Virus record (IMG/VR): IMGVR_UViG_3300004241_000007
Coordinates: 1 to 43,116 of that record
Direction: 5' to 3' (one strand)
DNA length: 43,116 bases
Source of the DNA: a virus
Taxonomy: Duplodnaviria; Caudoviricetes
Numbering within the stretch: the stretch's first letter is position 1; each line of letters opens with the position of its first letter. Under the pieces are notes generated by a model, which was given only the letters and a program-made list of their open reading frames with translations, was not told the origin of the DNA and ran no database searches. Below are positions 27,042 through 36,446 of this stretch, in pieces. Made by a program: the position numbers and the translations under genes.

Positions 27042-28293
27042 CAACCAAATTAATCCTTCGTCTGCTTTATTTATGGACATGGGTACAGGTAAAACAATAA
27101 CTTCACTCGCTTTGTTCGAAAAATCAAACAAAAAGAAATTATTAATCATATGTTTGGTCAGTAAGATATTCGATTGGCGAGATGAAGTCATTCAAAATTT
27201 CGGTGACATTACAAATATCGCGTTGTTAAACAAAGGCACTGCTAAGAACATAGAGATTTTAGAAGATAAATCAATTGAAGTTATTATTTGTAATTACGAA
27301 AGCATTTGGCGACTCGACAAACATATCATTAATTTTATTAACGAAGAGTGGTTCGTGATAGTCGATGAGTCACACAAAATTAAAAATACTAAATCTAAAA
27401 TTGGTAAGTTCACTCGAAAGTTATCTGTTAAAACTAAGTCAAAGTGCATACTTACGGGCACACCACAAAATCATGGTTACTTGGATTATTATAATCAGTT
27501 ATCTTTCATTGATGTATTCAAAATGTCAGAAAAAGAATTTAGACGAGATTATTGTATCTTCCAATTAAAAGAGATGAACGGTAAGTATTTTACCGAATTA
27601 GTTGGGTATAAAAATTACAAAGAACTTGATGAACATATCAACAGAAATTGTGTATTCTTTAAACGAGATATTAAAGACGAAATGATACCGACTGAGGTTA
27701 ACACTAAAATTCAAAAACATAAATCAATCGATAAATTCAAACGAACCAGAGTTCACGGTGACATTATCGCAGAAAATTCAAGTGTGTTGAGAATGTATCT
27801 TCGACAATTATGTAGTGGTTTTATTAGTCAAGAAAAAGTATCTAATAATAAAATTGAATGGCTAGAAGACTTCCTAGACTCATACGAAGATAGAGTTGTT
27901 GTGTTTGTTAATTTCAACATGGAAGTAGAAGACGTTAAACAGCTGTGTATTAAAATGAAACGACCTTATAGTATATACAACGGCGCATATAAAGACCTAA
28001 CCAAGTTTAAGGAAAATTCAAATGCTGTTGCAATTTGTAATTACGCAAGTGCGGCAATGGGAATTAACGATTTGGTATTATCAAATGTATGTGTTATGTA
28101 TAGTCCAACTGAAGATTATATTTTATTTTCACAGTCAAAAAAGAGAATTGATAGAATTGGTCAAACAAAAAAACCACTATACTATTATTTGCAAACAGAC
28201 AAATCAGTCGAAGTTGCAATTTATAAATCTTTATCAAATGGTCAGAACTTCGATGATAGATTATTTGATAAATATATGTCAGAAAATGAATAA
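26998..28293 (+). CDS. SNF2-family helicase
   Basis: DMGTGKT, DESH, LTGTP and Q...RI.RIGQ motifs; GGAG before ATG 26998. Confidence 0.93.
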   Translation: MIYNKLYQYQKRIVDNQINPSSALFMDMGTGKTITSLALFEKSNKKKLLIICLVSKIFDWRDEVIQNFGDITNIALLNKGTAKNIEILEDKSIEVIICNYESIWRLDKHIINFINEEWFVIVDESHKIKNTKSKIGKFTRKLSVKTKSKCILTGTPQNHGYLDYYNQLSFIDVFKMSEKEFRRDYCIFQLKEMNGKYFTELVGYKNYKELDEHINRNCVFFKRDIKDEMIPTEVNTKIQKHKSIDKFKRTRVHGDIIAENSSVLRMYLRQLCSGFISQEKVSNNKIEWLEDFLDSYEDRVVVFVNFNMEVEDVKQLCIKMKRPYSIYNGAYKDLTKFKENSNAVAICNYASAAMGINDLVLSNVCVMYSPTEDYILFSQSKKRIDRIGQTKKPLYYYLQTDKSVEVAIYKSLSNGQNFDDRLFDKYMSENE

Positions 28294-28298
28294 AGTTA

Positions 28299-28327
28299 TT
28301 TACACAGAGTAATCGGTGTGATATAAT
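28299..28327 (+). promoter_or_regulatory. Promoter P7 (replication operon)
   Basis: TTTACA-17 bp-TG-n-TATAAT; lacks the TAGTTAA spacer motif. Confidence 0.8.
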
Positions 28328-28349
28328 ATATTTAACAGGAGGTAAAATT

Positions 28350-28358
28350 ATGCGCTGA
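28350..28358 (+). other. Two-codon minigene (Met-Arg-stop) with strong RBS
   Basis: AGGAGGT-AAAATT-ATG CGC TGA directly after P7. Confidence 0.55.
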
Positions 28359-28396
28359 ACAAATATGAATTGAATTAATTTATGAAAGGACAATTT

Positions 28397-29059
28397 ATGG
28401 AAAAATTGAAAATCTGGTTGTATGGCACACCGTTCAGTGGTAAAACAAAATTTGCCACAGAGTTTCCAAATTCATTTGTAATTAACACTGACGGTAACGC
28501 AAAGTTCTTTACAAAAAATGTAGTTGTAGTTAAAAATTTAGATGAGTTTGTTGCTCAATTAACGTGGTTTCTAAAAGGCGAACACAAATATGACACACTC
28601 ATTATCGACGTATTAGACCATGTATACGATTTCGTTAGAGAGTATTATTTAGAAAAGTTCGACATTGACCATGAAACAGACTTAGGTTTCGGTAAAGCTT
28701 GGACAGTTATTAAAGAAGGTTTTTGGACAATCATTAATAAAATCGCAAAGAGCGATAAAAACGTAATCATCATATCTCACGAAACTGAGTATATTGAAAA
28801 ATCTAAAATTGGCAAGGAAGTGACTAAGTATCGTCCGTCAATTAATGAAAAACTTCATGATAGATTATGTGGAATAGTTCAACTTGTAGGACGTTGTTAT
28901 GTTGACGAAGTATTATTAAATGGTGTACCTGTTCGCAGATATTATGTTTCATTCGGTTCGAATGCAAATGAATTGAGCGGTGTTAGAGTACCCATGACTA
29001 ATAATAAAATTGAAAATTCTTATGACAAATTTGCATTAAACTTAAAGGAGGTTAAATAA
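28397..29059 (+). CDS. AAA_24 / Sak4-like ATPase (ssDNA annealing)
   Basis: YGTPFSGKT, IIDVLD, G.GK.W and IISHE motifs; adjacent to a DUF669-like gene. Confidence 0.85.
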   Translation: MEKLKIWLYGTPFSGKTKFATEFPNSFVINTDGNAKFFTKNVVVVKNLDEFVAQLTWFLKGEHKYDTLIIDVLDHVYDFVREYYLEKFDIDHETDLGFGKAWTVIKEGFWTIINKIAKSDKNVIIISHETEYIEKSKIGKEVTKYRPSINEKLHDRLCGIVQLVGRCYVDEVLLNGVPVRRYYVSFGSNANELSGVRVPMTNNKIENSYDKFALNLKEVK

Positions 29060-29062
29060 CCT

Positions 29063-29488
29063 ATGGCACGCGATTTAATGGATGAATTGAATGATGTATT
29101 TGAGGAAGTTAAAGACAAGGACTCGACATACGATAGACTAGAAGACGGTGAGTATTTGGGAATATTATCTGATATAATTGTTGGTGAAAGCAAAGCTGGA
29201 AAACCAATGTTAACGATGGTATTTGAAGTTACACACGGTCCTCGTGAAGGTCGTCAACACCGTAAATTCTTTATGTTAAGTGGAAACGATGAAAAACAAC
29301 TCAAGCAAAACCTACAACGTTATGCTACTGAAATCAGAAAAATCGGTATCGATACGTCTAAAGGTTTAAACTCTACGTTTGACCAATTAATGTTAAAAAT
29401 TGATGACGAATTTAAGTTCACAATCAAAACAACATTAAACAAAAATGGAACAGAATGGGTTAACACTTCGTTTGAAGCGGTAGAATAA
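29063..29488 (+). CDS. DUF669-like ssDNA-binding protein
   Basis: L.DGEY and ESKAGKPML...FEV..G...GR motifs. Confidence 0.82.
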   Translation: MARDLMDELNDVFEEVKDKDSTYDRLEDGEYLGILSDIIVGESKAGKPMLTMVFEVTHGPREGRQHRKFFMLSGNDEKQLKQNLQRYATEIRKIGIDTSKGLNSTFDQLMLKIDDEFKFTIKTTLNKNGTEWVNTSFEAVE

Positions 29489-31194
29489 TGTTTATATTTG
29501 ACTTTGAAGTATTTAAGTTTGACTGGTTGGTCGTGTTGAAAAACATGGCCACCGGTCGTTATATTACAATCATTAACGATAAGAATAAGTTGAAAGAGTT
29601 ATACGAAGAAAACAAAAACGACTTGTTCATTGGGTATAACAACATCGCATATGATAACATAATCTTTAAAGGAATACTATCAGACGTTGACCCAGCAGAA
29701 ATTACAAGATTAATCTTTGCATCAGAAAAAGGTACACGACATTTTGTATCTAAAGCGTTAGGCATTAAACAATTTCATTTGAATACAATTGATTTGATGC
29801 AAGATATATTAGGTATGAGTTTAAAAGAAGCAGAAGGTTTTATGAAAATGTCAATTGAAGAGTCAGACGTATCGTTCGATATTGATAGACCACTTACAGA
29901 AGACGAAATAAAACAGGTTGTTAAATACTGTACACATGACGTTGATGCAACAGAACAACTGCTACATATGCGATTACCATATGTAAAGTCAAAAATGAAT
30001 TTGATTAAAATGTTTAAATTGGGTTCGTCATATTTGGAAAAAACAAACGCAGCTTTATGTGCAGTAATTCTAAGTGCAAAAAGACGAAAACACACAGATG
30101 AATTTGAATACGATTTGCCACCTGAAGTTAACATCACTAAGTATACAAAAATCTTTGATTTATATATGAATAGAAAACTTGATTACGACGAAAAATTAAA
30201 AATAGACATTGCAGGTGTGCCACACATTCTCGCATATGGTGGAATACATGGGGCGTTAAATAATTTTATACACAAAGGTGAACTGTGGCAAATTGACGCA
30301 GCATCATACTATCCTACGTTAATGTTAGAGTATAACTATATCAGTAGAAATCTTAAAGACAACGCAAAGTATAAAGAAATTTATGACACAAGAATTAAAG
30401 CAAAACATGAGAAAAATAAAGCTGTTTCTGACTCATTAAAACTTGTTCTAAATACTGCATATGGCGCAATGAAAAGTCAGTACAATGAATTGAGTGACCC
30501 AAAAATGGCAAACCAGGTTTGTATCACAGGTCAATTATTATTGGTTGACTTAATCGAAAAGTTAGAACCGTATTGCAAATTGGTTCAATCTAACACAGAT
30601 GGAATTTTAGTTATTCCTTATAACAAAGAACGAATACAGGAAGTTATTAAAGAATGGGAAAAACGAACACGAATTGTTCTTGAGATAGACCCTTGTTCTG
30701 GTGTATGGCAAAAAGACGTTAATAACTATATTATGCTTTTCGAAGATGGTTCTGTTAAAACCAAAGGTGCATTTGTTTCACAGTATAACGAGTCATCGTT
30801 TAACATTAGAAACAACACACAAATTTTAGATATTGCTGTCGTTGATTATTTTACAAAAGGCATACATCCTATCGACACAATCATGAATTGCAATGACATA
30901 CACATGTTTCAAATCATCACAAACACAGGAAGTGTTTATGACAGAACAGTATGGTCAGTCAACAATGTTGATGTCGAAGTTAATAAAGTTAACCGAGTTT
31001 ACGCAACAACAGATACATCAAAAGGCAAATTGTACAAGATTAAAACAGAAAAAGGAAAACGCGATTCGATTGCAAACCTTCCTGACAATTGTCAATTAGC
31101 CAATGATAATAAGTTCGATATTAATTTATTGGACAAGAATTATTATATACAACGAGCATTGAGTAGAATTGCATACTTTGAAGGCACAGAATAG
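29488..31194 (+). CDS. DNA polymerase, family B-like, with 3'-5' exonuclease
   Basis: Exonuclease DFE, GYN...YD, Y...DV; polymerase DAASYYP, KLVLNTAYG, NTDG, VNNY, KG. Confidence 0.93.
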   Translation: MFIFDFEVFKFDWLVVLKNMATGRYITIINDKNKLKELYEENKNDLFIGYNNIAYDNIIFKGILSDVDPAEITRLIFASEKGTRHFVSKALGIKQFHLNTIDLMQDILGMSLKEAEGFMKMSIEESDVSFDIDRPLTEDEIKQVVKYCTHDVDATEQLLHMRLPYVKSKMNLIKMFKLGSSYLEKTNAALCAVILSAKRRKHTDEFEYDLPPEVNITKYTKIFDLYMNRKLDYDEKLKIDIAGVPHILAYGGIHGALNNFIHKGELWQIDAASYYPTLMLEYNYISRNLKDNAKYKEIYDTRIKAKHEKNKAVSDSLKLVLNTAYGAMKSQYNELSDPKMANQVCITGQLLLVDLIEKLEPYCKLVQSNTDGILVIPYNKERIQEVIKEWEKRTRIVLEIDPCSGVWQKDVNNYIMLFEDGSVKTKGAFVSQYNESSFNIRNNTQILDIAVVDYFTKGIHPIDTIMNCNDIHMFQIITNTGSVYDRTVWSVNNVDVEVNKVNRVYATTDTSKGKLYKIKTEKGKRDSIANLPDNCQLANDNKFDINLLDKNYYIQRALSRIAYFEGTE

Positions 31195-31211
31195 TGCATG
31201 AAAGGAATAAA

Positions 31212-31661
31212 ATGAAAGCATATATTGCAAGTCCATTCTTCAATCCTGAACAAGTTGAACGAGTGAAGTTTATCGAGACAACCCTTGGTAAAGTAGGAAT
31301 AGAAATGTTTAGTCCACGATTAGATACATATGTTAAACCGGACTCAAGTCATAGCGAAAGACGAATTGCATTTCACGAAAATCTAAAAGGGATTACTAAC
31401 GCAGACTTTATCGTGGTTGTCACAGACGGTAAAGACGTGGGTACAATCTTCGAAGCAGGTTATGCATGTGCAGCGAATATTCCAATATTATATTTCGCAG
31501 AAACATTAGGTGATAAACCGTTTAATCTAATGTTAGCACACAGCGCAACTCTTGGCACATGTAAAACAAGAACTGAGTTGTATCATGCGTTAACCGATGT
31601 TGCAACATTGGGTGTTGTGAATTGTATCAATCGACCTGAGTATAAAGGTTTAATCGAATAA
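31212..31661 (+). CDS. Nucleoside 2-deoxyribosyltransferase / nucleotide N-glycosidase family
   Basis: YIASPFF, AD.......DGKDVGTIFEAGYA and NLML motifs. Confidence 0.9.
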   Translation: MKAYIASPFFNPEQVERVKFIETTLGKVGIEMFSPRLDTYVKPDSSHSERRIAFHENLKGITNADFIVVVTDGKDVGTIFEAGYACAANIPILYFAETLGDKPFNLMLAHSATLGTCKTRTELYHALTDVATLGVVNCINRPEYKGLIE

Positions 31662-31662
31662 T

Positions 31663-32187
31663 ATGTTTTATAGATTAAGTGGATTAAAACGGTACAACAA
31701 TCAACCCAGAATAAAGTCTGAAAGTTTAGCTGAACACCAATATTATTGTGCATTAATCGTTATGTTCTTAAAACCACATATCGTCATTACTGAAACACAA
31801 TACGCATTATTATTAGAATACGCTTTGATACACGATGTTGGCGAGTTATATACTGGTGATATGCCACACAACATTAAAAAAGATTTTCCAATACTAAAAG
31901 AAACATTAGATATTGCCGAACAAAAGTTTTTAAGACAACATGGTTTTGACACAATCGAAAATGAAATTCAAAATACAATTAAATTAAAGACATTGTTCAA
32001 GTTAGCAGACACAATTCAAGTCATTCAGTATTGCAAAAACGAATTCATATTGGGTAACCACTCTAAAGAAATGGAACAAATCGATGACATTGCTCATGAT
32101 GAGTTTGAAAAATACTTTAGGTTATTAGTTACGCATGGCGTCATGAGTGATGATTTCGATTTAACTTCATTCATGTTAAAATTATGA
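31663..32187 (+). CDS. HD-domain deoxynucleotide phosphohydrolase (YfbR/DatZ-like)
   Basis: KRY, ESLAEH, ALIHD..E..TGD.P and KLAD motifs. Confidence 0.9.
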   Translation: MFYRLSGLKRYNNQPRIKSESLAEHQYYCALIVMFLKPHIVITETQYALLLEYALIHDVGELYTGDMPHNIKKDFPILKETLDIAEQKFLRQHGFDTIENEIQNTIKLKTLFKLADTIQVIQYCKNEFILGNHSKEMEQIDDIAHDEFEKYFRLLVTHGVMSDDFDLTSFMLKL

Positions 32188-32591
32188 TGATATTCGTTGA
32201 AGGCATTGACAAATCTGGCAAAGACACAATCGTTCGATATATTAATGAATATACAAATTTTGCTCATTACGTATCAGCAAGAGGTCCGATGAGTGTGTTA
32301 GCATACGGCCAGAAATTTGGAAGACTTGTTGACGGGTTTAGTTATTTAGAAAATATTAAAGATGAAGTTCTGTTTGTATATTTGGTTGTCGATGAAGACG
32401 ATTTTAATATTCGTTGTAAATTAACAAACGAACCATACACAAATTATGACGAGGACGTTAACGCATTTGATGATGCGCATACTTATATTACAAATCTAGG
32501 TATGCAAACTGTACGACTTAATACATCAAATATGACACCTCAAAGAATTGCAAACGTTATTGTACAATTAATACATGGGAGAAATACATGA
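32184..32591 (+). CDS. Compact dNMP (thymidylate-like) kinase
   Basis: VEGIDKSGKDT P-loop; R...S..AYG; lid R....E. Confidence 0.8.
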   Translation: MMIFVEGIDKSGKDTIVRYINEYTNFAHYVSARGPMSVLAYGQKFGRLVDGFSYLENIKDEVLFVYLVVDEDDFNIRCKLTNEPYTNYDEDVNAFDDAHTYITNLGMQTVRLNTSNMTPQRIANVIVQLIHGRNT

Positions 32592-33505
32592 AAAATACAA
32601 GCATACCTAAAATTAAACCGAAGATGGACATAAGCTTTGACATCAAACCAAAAACTAAATTTGTCAACAACCTTGATGCTATCGAAATTAAGTTATTAAA
32701 TTATACAAGAGTTGATGACCTAAACAACTTCGTTGCTGACTGGTCAAACGCAACATGGAACAAATACCCGTATGAGTCAACAGACAATGGTGATTACGAT
32801 GCTGCAAAGTATATCAACGGTTCAATTAATGGAATTGTGTTACCTACATTATTGGAAACGATTAACCTGACGTTCTTATTAAACGGAATTGACCTGACAA
32901 CTGTCACTCATATTCTACGATATAGAACTGCATCATTTTCAGCAGATTGTTCAGCAGATAAACTATGGCACGAAAGAACGTCATTAGTCCCATCGGCTGT
33001 TCAAAACTCCACTGAGATTTATCAAAAGTATATGAAGGCAACTGAATTATGTAAGGAAGTATATTGCGACATTATCAACTCAAAAGAAATTGGTATCATG
33101 GACGCAAGAAGTATCTTACCACGGAATTTAACAACATTCTATTATATGAATATCTCACTCAAAGACGTAATTCATTTTATTAGACAAAGAATTGATAAGC
33201 AAATTCAACCTGAAGTCGATAACATTATCGCATATAAAATGTATTTGGAAATACTAAGAGTATACCCTTTCCTAAAAGGTATGATTGATGTAAAAGCTCC
33301 AGCAATGCATTTTATTAAACAGGCAAATACAACTGGCTCAACAAATCTATACTGGCCAGACGAAGACTCTGACATATTCGATTGGAACCCTGAGTCATTC
33401 GTATATCAAAGAGAAAGAAAAACTTTGAATGGTACAAACGAAGGTGCAGAAAACCATTTTGAACAACTTAAGTTTGAACTATGGAAAGAGATTGAGAAAG
33501 TATAA
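32588..33505 (+). CDS. Divergent ThyX-fold flavoprotein
   Basis: PTLLE..N.TF, RYR.ASFS, DARSILP and FIRQR....QPE map onto ThyX motifs, but the catalytic signature is altered. Confidence 0.82.
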   Translation: MKNTSIPKIKPKMDISFDIKPKTKFVNNLDAIEIKLLNYTRVDDLNNFVADWSNATWNKYPYESTDNGDYDAAKYINGSINGIVLPTLLETINLTFLLNGIDLTTVTHILRYRTASFSADCSADKLWHERTSLVPSAVQNSTEIYQKYMKATELCKEVYCDIINSKEIGIMDARSILPRNLTTFYYMNISLKDVIHFIRQRIDKQIQPEVDNIIAYKMYLEILRVYPFLKGMIDVKAPAMHFIKQANTTGSTNLYWPDEDSDIFDWNPESFVYQRERKTLNGTNEGAENHFEQLKFELWKEIEKV

Positions 33506-33540
33506 CACAAGATTTAATAATCTTATGAGGGAGGTATTCA

Positions 33541-33948
33541 ATGAAGATAAAACTAATTAAGTTTAAAGAATTTAAGCCACCATTTAGAGCTCATTACAAC
33601 GACGCGGGTGCAGACATATACTCACCCGCAGAGTATGTACTAAAGCCACATACGACTACAAAAATACCATTGGGTTTCGGCATCGAGTTGCCTGATGGAA
33701 TGATGGGTGTTATATTTCCACGAAGTAGTTATGCAACAAGAGGCATTGTAGCAGAACACCCACCAATTGATAGTGGCTATAGAGGCGAAATACATTGTAT
33801 ACTAACCAACATGACCGATGAATATTTCGGTATATCTAAAGATGACAGAATTGGTCAGCTGGTTATTATGCCCGTTATTGTTGCAGATTTCGTCGAAAGT
33901 CTAACTGAAGAAAGACAAACAAATGGCTTCGGCTCATCTGGAAAATAA
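33541..33948 (+). CDS. dut: Trimeric dUTPase
   Basis: Five motifs: AGAD, PRSS, IDSGYRGEI, DRIGQL and R...GFGSSG. Confidence 0.95.
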   Translation: MKIKLIKFKEFKPPFRAHYNDAGADIYSPAEYVLKPHTTTKIPLGFGIELPDGMMGVIFPRSSYATRGIVAEHPPIDSGYRGEIHCILTNMTDEYFGISKDDRIGQLVIMPVIVADFVESLTEERQTNGFGSSGK

Positions 33949-35794
33949 TAAGTTTATCATTCTAAACAATGATAAAACTCCAAAACATTCCTTAGACGAA
34001 CACAAAACTTTTGACGAAGTTAAAAATTTAGACAGCTTAGCGATATTGGTTGATGAACCATATGTGATGATAGATATTGACGATGCATTCGAATATCTAA
34101 CACTCAAAAAAATCATTAAGGCAGAAAATATTAAGTGTAGAATAATGAAGACAACACGTGGTGGACATTTCTGGTTTAAGAGTATTGAACCAATGAAAAA
34201 CTTAGTTCATGCAAACACACCCATTACGCTAAACGTTGATGTTAGAAGTCACGGTAAAAAGAGTCTTGCAAAAGTAAAGCAAGACGGAGAATGGCGTGAA
34301 TGGGAAGTATGGGTTGATGAAGTAGACGACATTCCCTTTTGGTTAAGACCTGTGAGTCATAAATATCATTTCATGAACTCAAAAGAAGGTGATGGTAGAA
34401 ACTCTGATTTATTTAGTTATATCATCACGCTAACAAATGCAGGAATTACTAAGGAACAAACAAAACATGTCTATCAATTAATTAACACGCATTTGTTTGC
34501 CGATAAATTACCCAGTGAAGAGTTGAATACGATTTTAAGAGATGAAGCATTTGATAAAATAAAACCTGCATTCTTTGACAAACGTAGATTTATGCACGAT
34601 GTGTTCAGTAAATATTTCAGAAACGATAACAAAGTTTATGTTAAAAATGGTAGATTATTCATGTACGATGAAGGTTACTATTCAGACAATACAAAAGTTA
34701 TTGAAAAACGAATGATACAGTACATTCCTGAATTATCTAAAATGCAAAGACGAGAAGTTATGGATTATCTTAAGTTAATAGCAAACGACCCAATCAATAC
34801 AAGTATGTATCACGTTGTTTGTAAAAATGGATTAGTTGATATACGAGATTGCTCAGTCGGTAAATATACTTCAGAAATATTCTTAGCAAATAAAATCAAT
34901 GCAAGTTATATTCCAACAGCATATTCAGTTGATGTTGATAGAACATTAGACAAAATCTCTTGTAATGATAAAGAGTTAAGAATGTTAATCGAAGAAATGA
35001 TTGGCTATTGTTTAATCCAAACAGCTAAATTCCAAAAAGCGTTTATTTTATTTGGTGATGGTTCGAACGGTAAGAGTACTTTGTTAGACGTTGTGATTGC
35101 GTTATTAGGTGATAACAACGTGTCATCGTTAAGTTTAAAAGAGTTAAACCATAACTTTAAGTTAAGTGAAATTACTTCTAAAATGGCTAACATTGGTGAT
35201 GATATATCTGATGAATACTTGACAGACAGTTCTATCTTTAAGAAACTAGTTACTGGTGAAGAGATTACAGTTGATAAAAAGAATGAACAACCTTATAAAA
35301 TTAGAAATTATGCTAAGATGATATTCGCAGCAAATAACATGCCGAATACGATGGACAAATCAAACGGTATGATTAGACGGTTAAGTATCATTCCATTCAA
35401 TGCAGTATTTAGTAAAAATGACCCTGACTATGACCCGTTTATTATTGATAAACTAACAAGTGAAGAAGGTCTAAACTATTTATTAAAAATTGCAGTTGAT
35501 GGCATACGAAGAGTTTTCTCTAACAACAAGTTTACAGAACCAAAAGCAGTTGAGTCTATGGTGAGTGAATACGAAAAAGAAAACAACAATGTATTACAAT
35601 TTATCGATAAAGTCGAAATCGCCAATCGGGACGGTTCGTCTGTATATAATGACTATAAATTCTGGTGTGTTGAAAATGGAGTTATGAGTTATAAAATTAG
35701 AAAATTTAACAGTGAAATTAAAACGCATTTGCATTTAGAATTAGTAATTGAAAAATTCGAAGGAAGGACGGCACAAGTATGGCGCAAAAAATAA
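33923..35794 (+). CDS. Primase-helicase (Prim-Pol, PriCT, P4/D5-type SF3 helicase)
   Basis: DID, TTRGGHFWF, GDGRNS.LF, GDGSNGKST, FKKLVTGE, FAAN and RRL.IIPF motifs. Confidence 0.93.
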   Translation: MASAHLENNKFIILNNDKTPKHSLDEHKTFDEVKNLDSLAILVDEPYVMIDIDDAFEYLTLKKIIKAENIKCRIMKTTRGGHFWFKSIEPMKNLVHANTPITLNVDVRSHGKKSLAKVKQDGEWREWEVWVDEVDDIPFWLRPVSHKYHFMNSKEGDGRNSDLFSYIITLTNAGITKEQTKHVYQLINTHLFADKLPSEELNTILRDEAFDKIKPAFFDKRRFMHDVFSKYFRNDNKVYVKNGRLFMYDEGYYSDNTKVIEKRMIQYIPELSKMQRREVMDYLKLIANDPINTSMYHVVCKNGLVDIRDCSVGKYTSEIFLANKINASYIPTAYSVDVDRTLDKISCNDKELRMLIEEMIGYCLIQTAKFQKAFILFGDGSNGKSTLLDVVIALLGDNNVSSLSLKELNHNFKLSEITSKMANIGDDISDEYLTDSSIFKKLVTGEEITVDKKNEQPYKIRNYAKMIFAANNMPNTMDKSNGMIRRLSIIPFNAVFSKNDPDYDPFIIDKLTSEEGLNYLLKIAVDGIRRVFSNNKFTEPKAVESMVSEYEKENNNVLQFIDKVEIANRDGSSVYNDYKFWCVENGVMSYKIRKFNSEIKTHLHLELVIEKFEGRTAQVWRKK

Positions 35795-35982
35795 GTACAA
35801 GCAAATTATCAAATGAATTAAAAGTTAGAGGTATCACATTGGGTGTATTATCAGATAATACAGGCATTTCAAAACCTCATCTTTCAATGATGTTGAGCGG
35901 CAAACGTAACATGAGTATCAACAAACTTAATAGCATTTTAAGTTTTGTCGGTATCGATGTTAACGACATTATTGAAAAATAA
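35779..35982 (+). CDS. XRE/Cro-like HTH protein
   Basis: GITLGVLSDNTGISKPHLSMMLSGKR. Confidence 0.88.
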   Translation: MAQKISTSKLSNELKVRGITLGVLSDNTGISKPHLSMMLSGKRNMSINKLNSILSFVGIDVNDIIEK

Positions 35983-36002
35983 AAATTTTGTGAAAATAAA
36001 CG

Positions 36003-36031
36003 TTTACAAATAGTTAATTGTGTTGTATAAT
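36003..36031 (+). promoter_or_regulatory. Promoter P8
   Basis: TTTACA-AATAGTTAA...-TATAAT, 17-bp spacer. Confidence 0.85.
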
Positions 36032-36054
36032 GAATATATACAAAGGAGGAAGAT

Positions 36055-36438
36055 ATGGCTAAAATTATAGAAGTAAGACGAAAAATTGAAGAGATTAAAG
36101 CAGAGTATGTCGAAAAAATGAAGCCGCTAAAAGAGCAATTACAAACATTGCAAGAAGAGCAGGTCAAGGCATTACTTGATTTAGAAATTGATTACACAAA
36201 TGAGTGTAATGACATCATTGAAAATTTCATTGGTGGAACGATCGAAAAAATACCAAATGTATCAGTTAGGACGCTTAACGATTTTGAAGTTGTTGATAAA
36301 AATTTAGTACCATTAGAGTATTATGAGTGGCAACTAAGCACCAAGGCAATTAAAGAAAAATTGGTTGAAACAAATTACACTGAAGACATCCCAGGTATAA
36401 AGGCATTTAAGAAATATTCAGTCGCAGTAAAATTGTAA
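36055..36438 (+). CDS. Gp157/Gam-like coiled-coil phage protein
   Basis: FEVVD..LVP.EY......AIK......IPG pattern. Confidence 0.65.
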   Translation: MAKIIEVRRKIEEIKAEYVEKMKPLKEQLQTLQEEQVKALLDLEIDYTNECNDIIENFIGGTIEKIPNVSVRTLNDFEVVDKNLVPLEYYEWQLSTKAIKEKLVETNYTEDIPGIKAFKKYSVAVKL

Positions 36439-36446
36439 TAGTCATA

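Noticed and set aside
28350-28481. Alternative genetic code (TGA=Trp) reading through the minigene
   Set aside because: TGA ends many well-coupled genes (ATGA overlaps) and conserved Trp residues use TGG; the read-through frame would overlap the Sak4-like gene.
31663-32187. 2-aminoadenine (Z) genome pathway
   Set aside because: The HD enzyme is DatZ/YfbR-like, but no PurZ/PurA homologue is present and the neighbouring genes point to pyrimidines.
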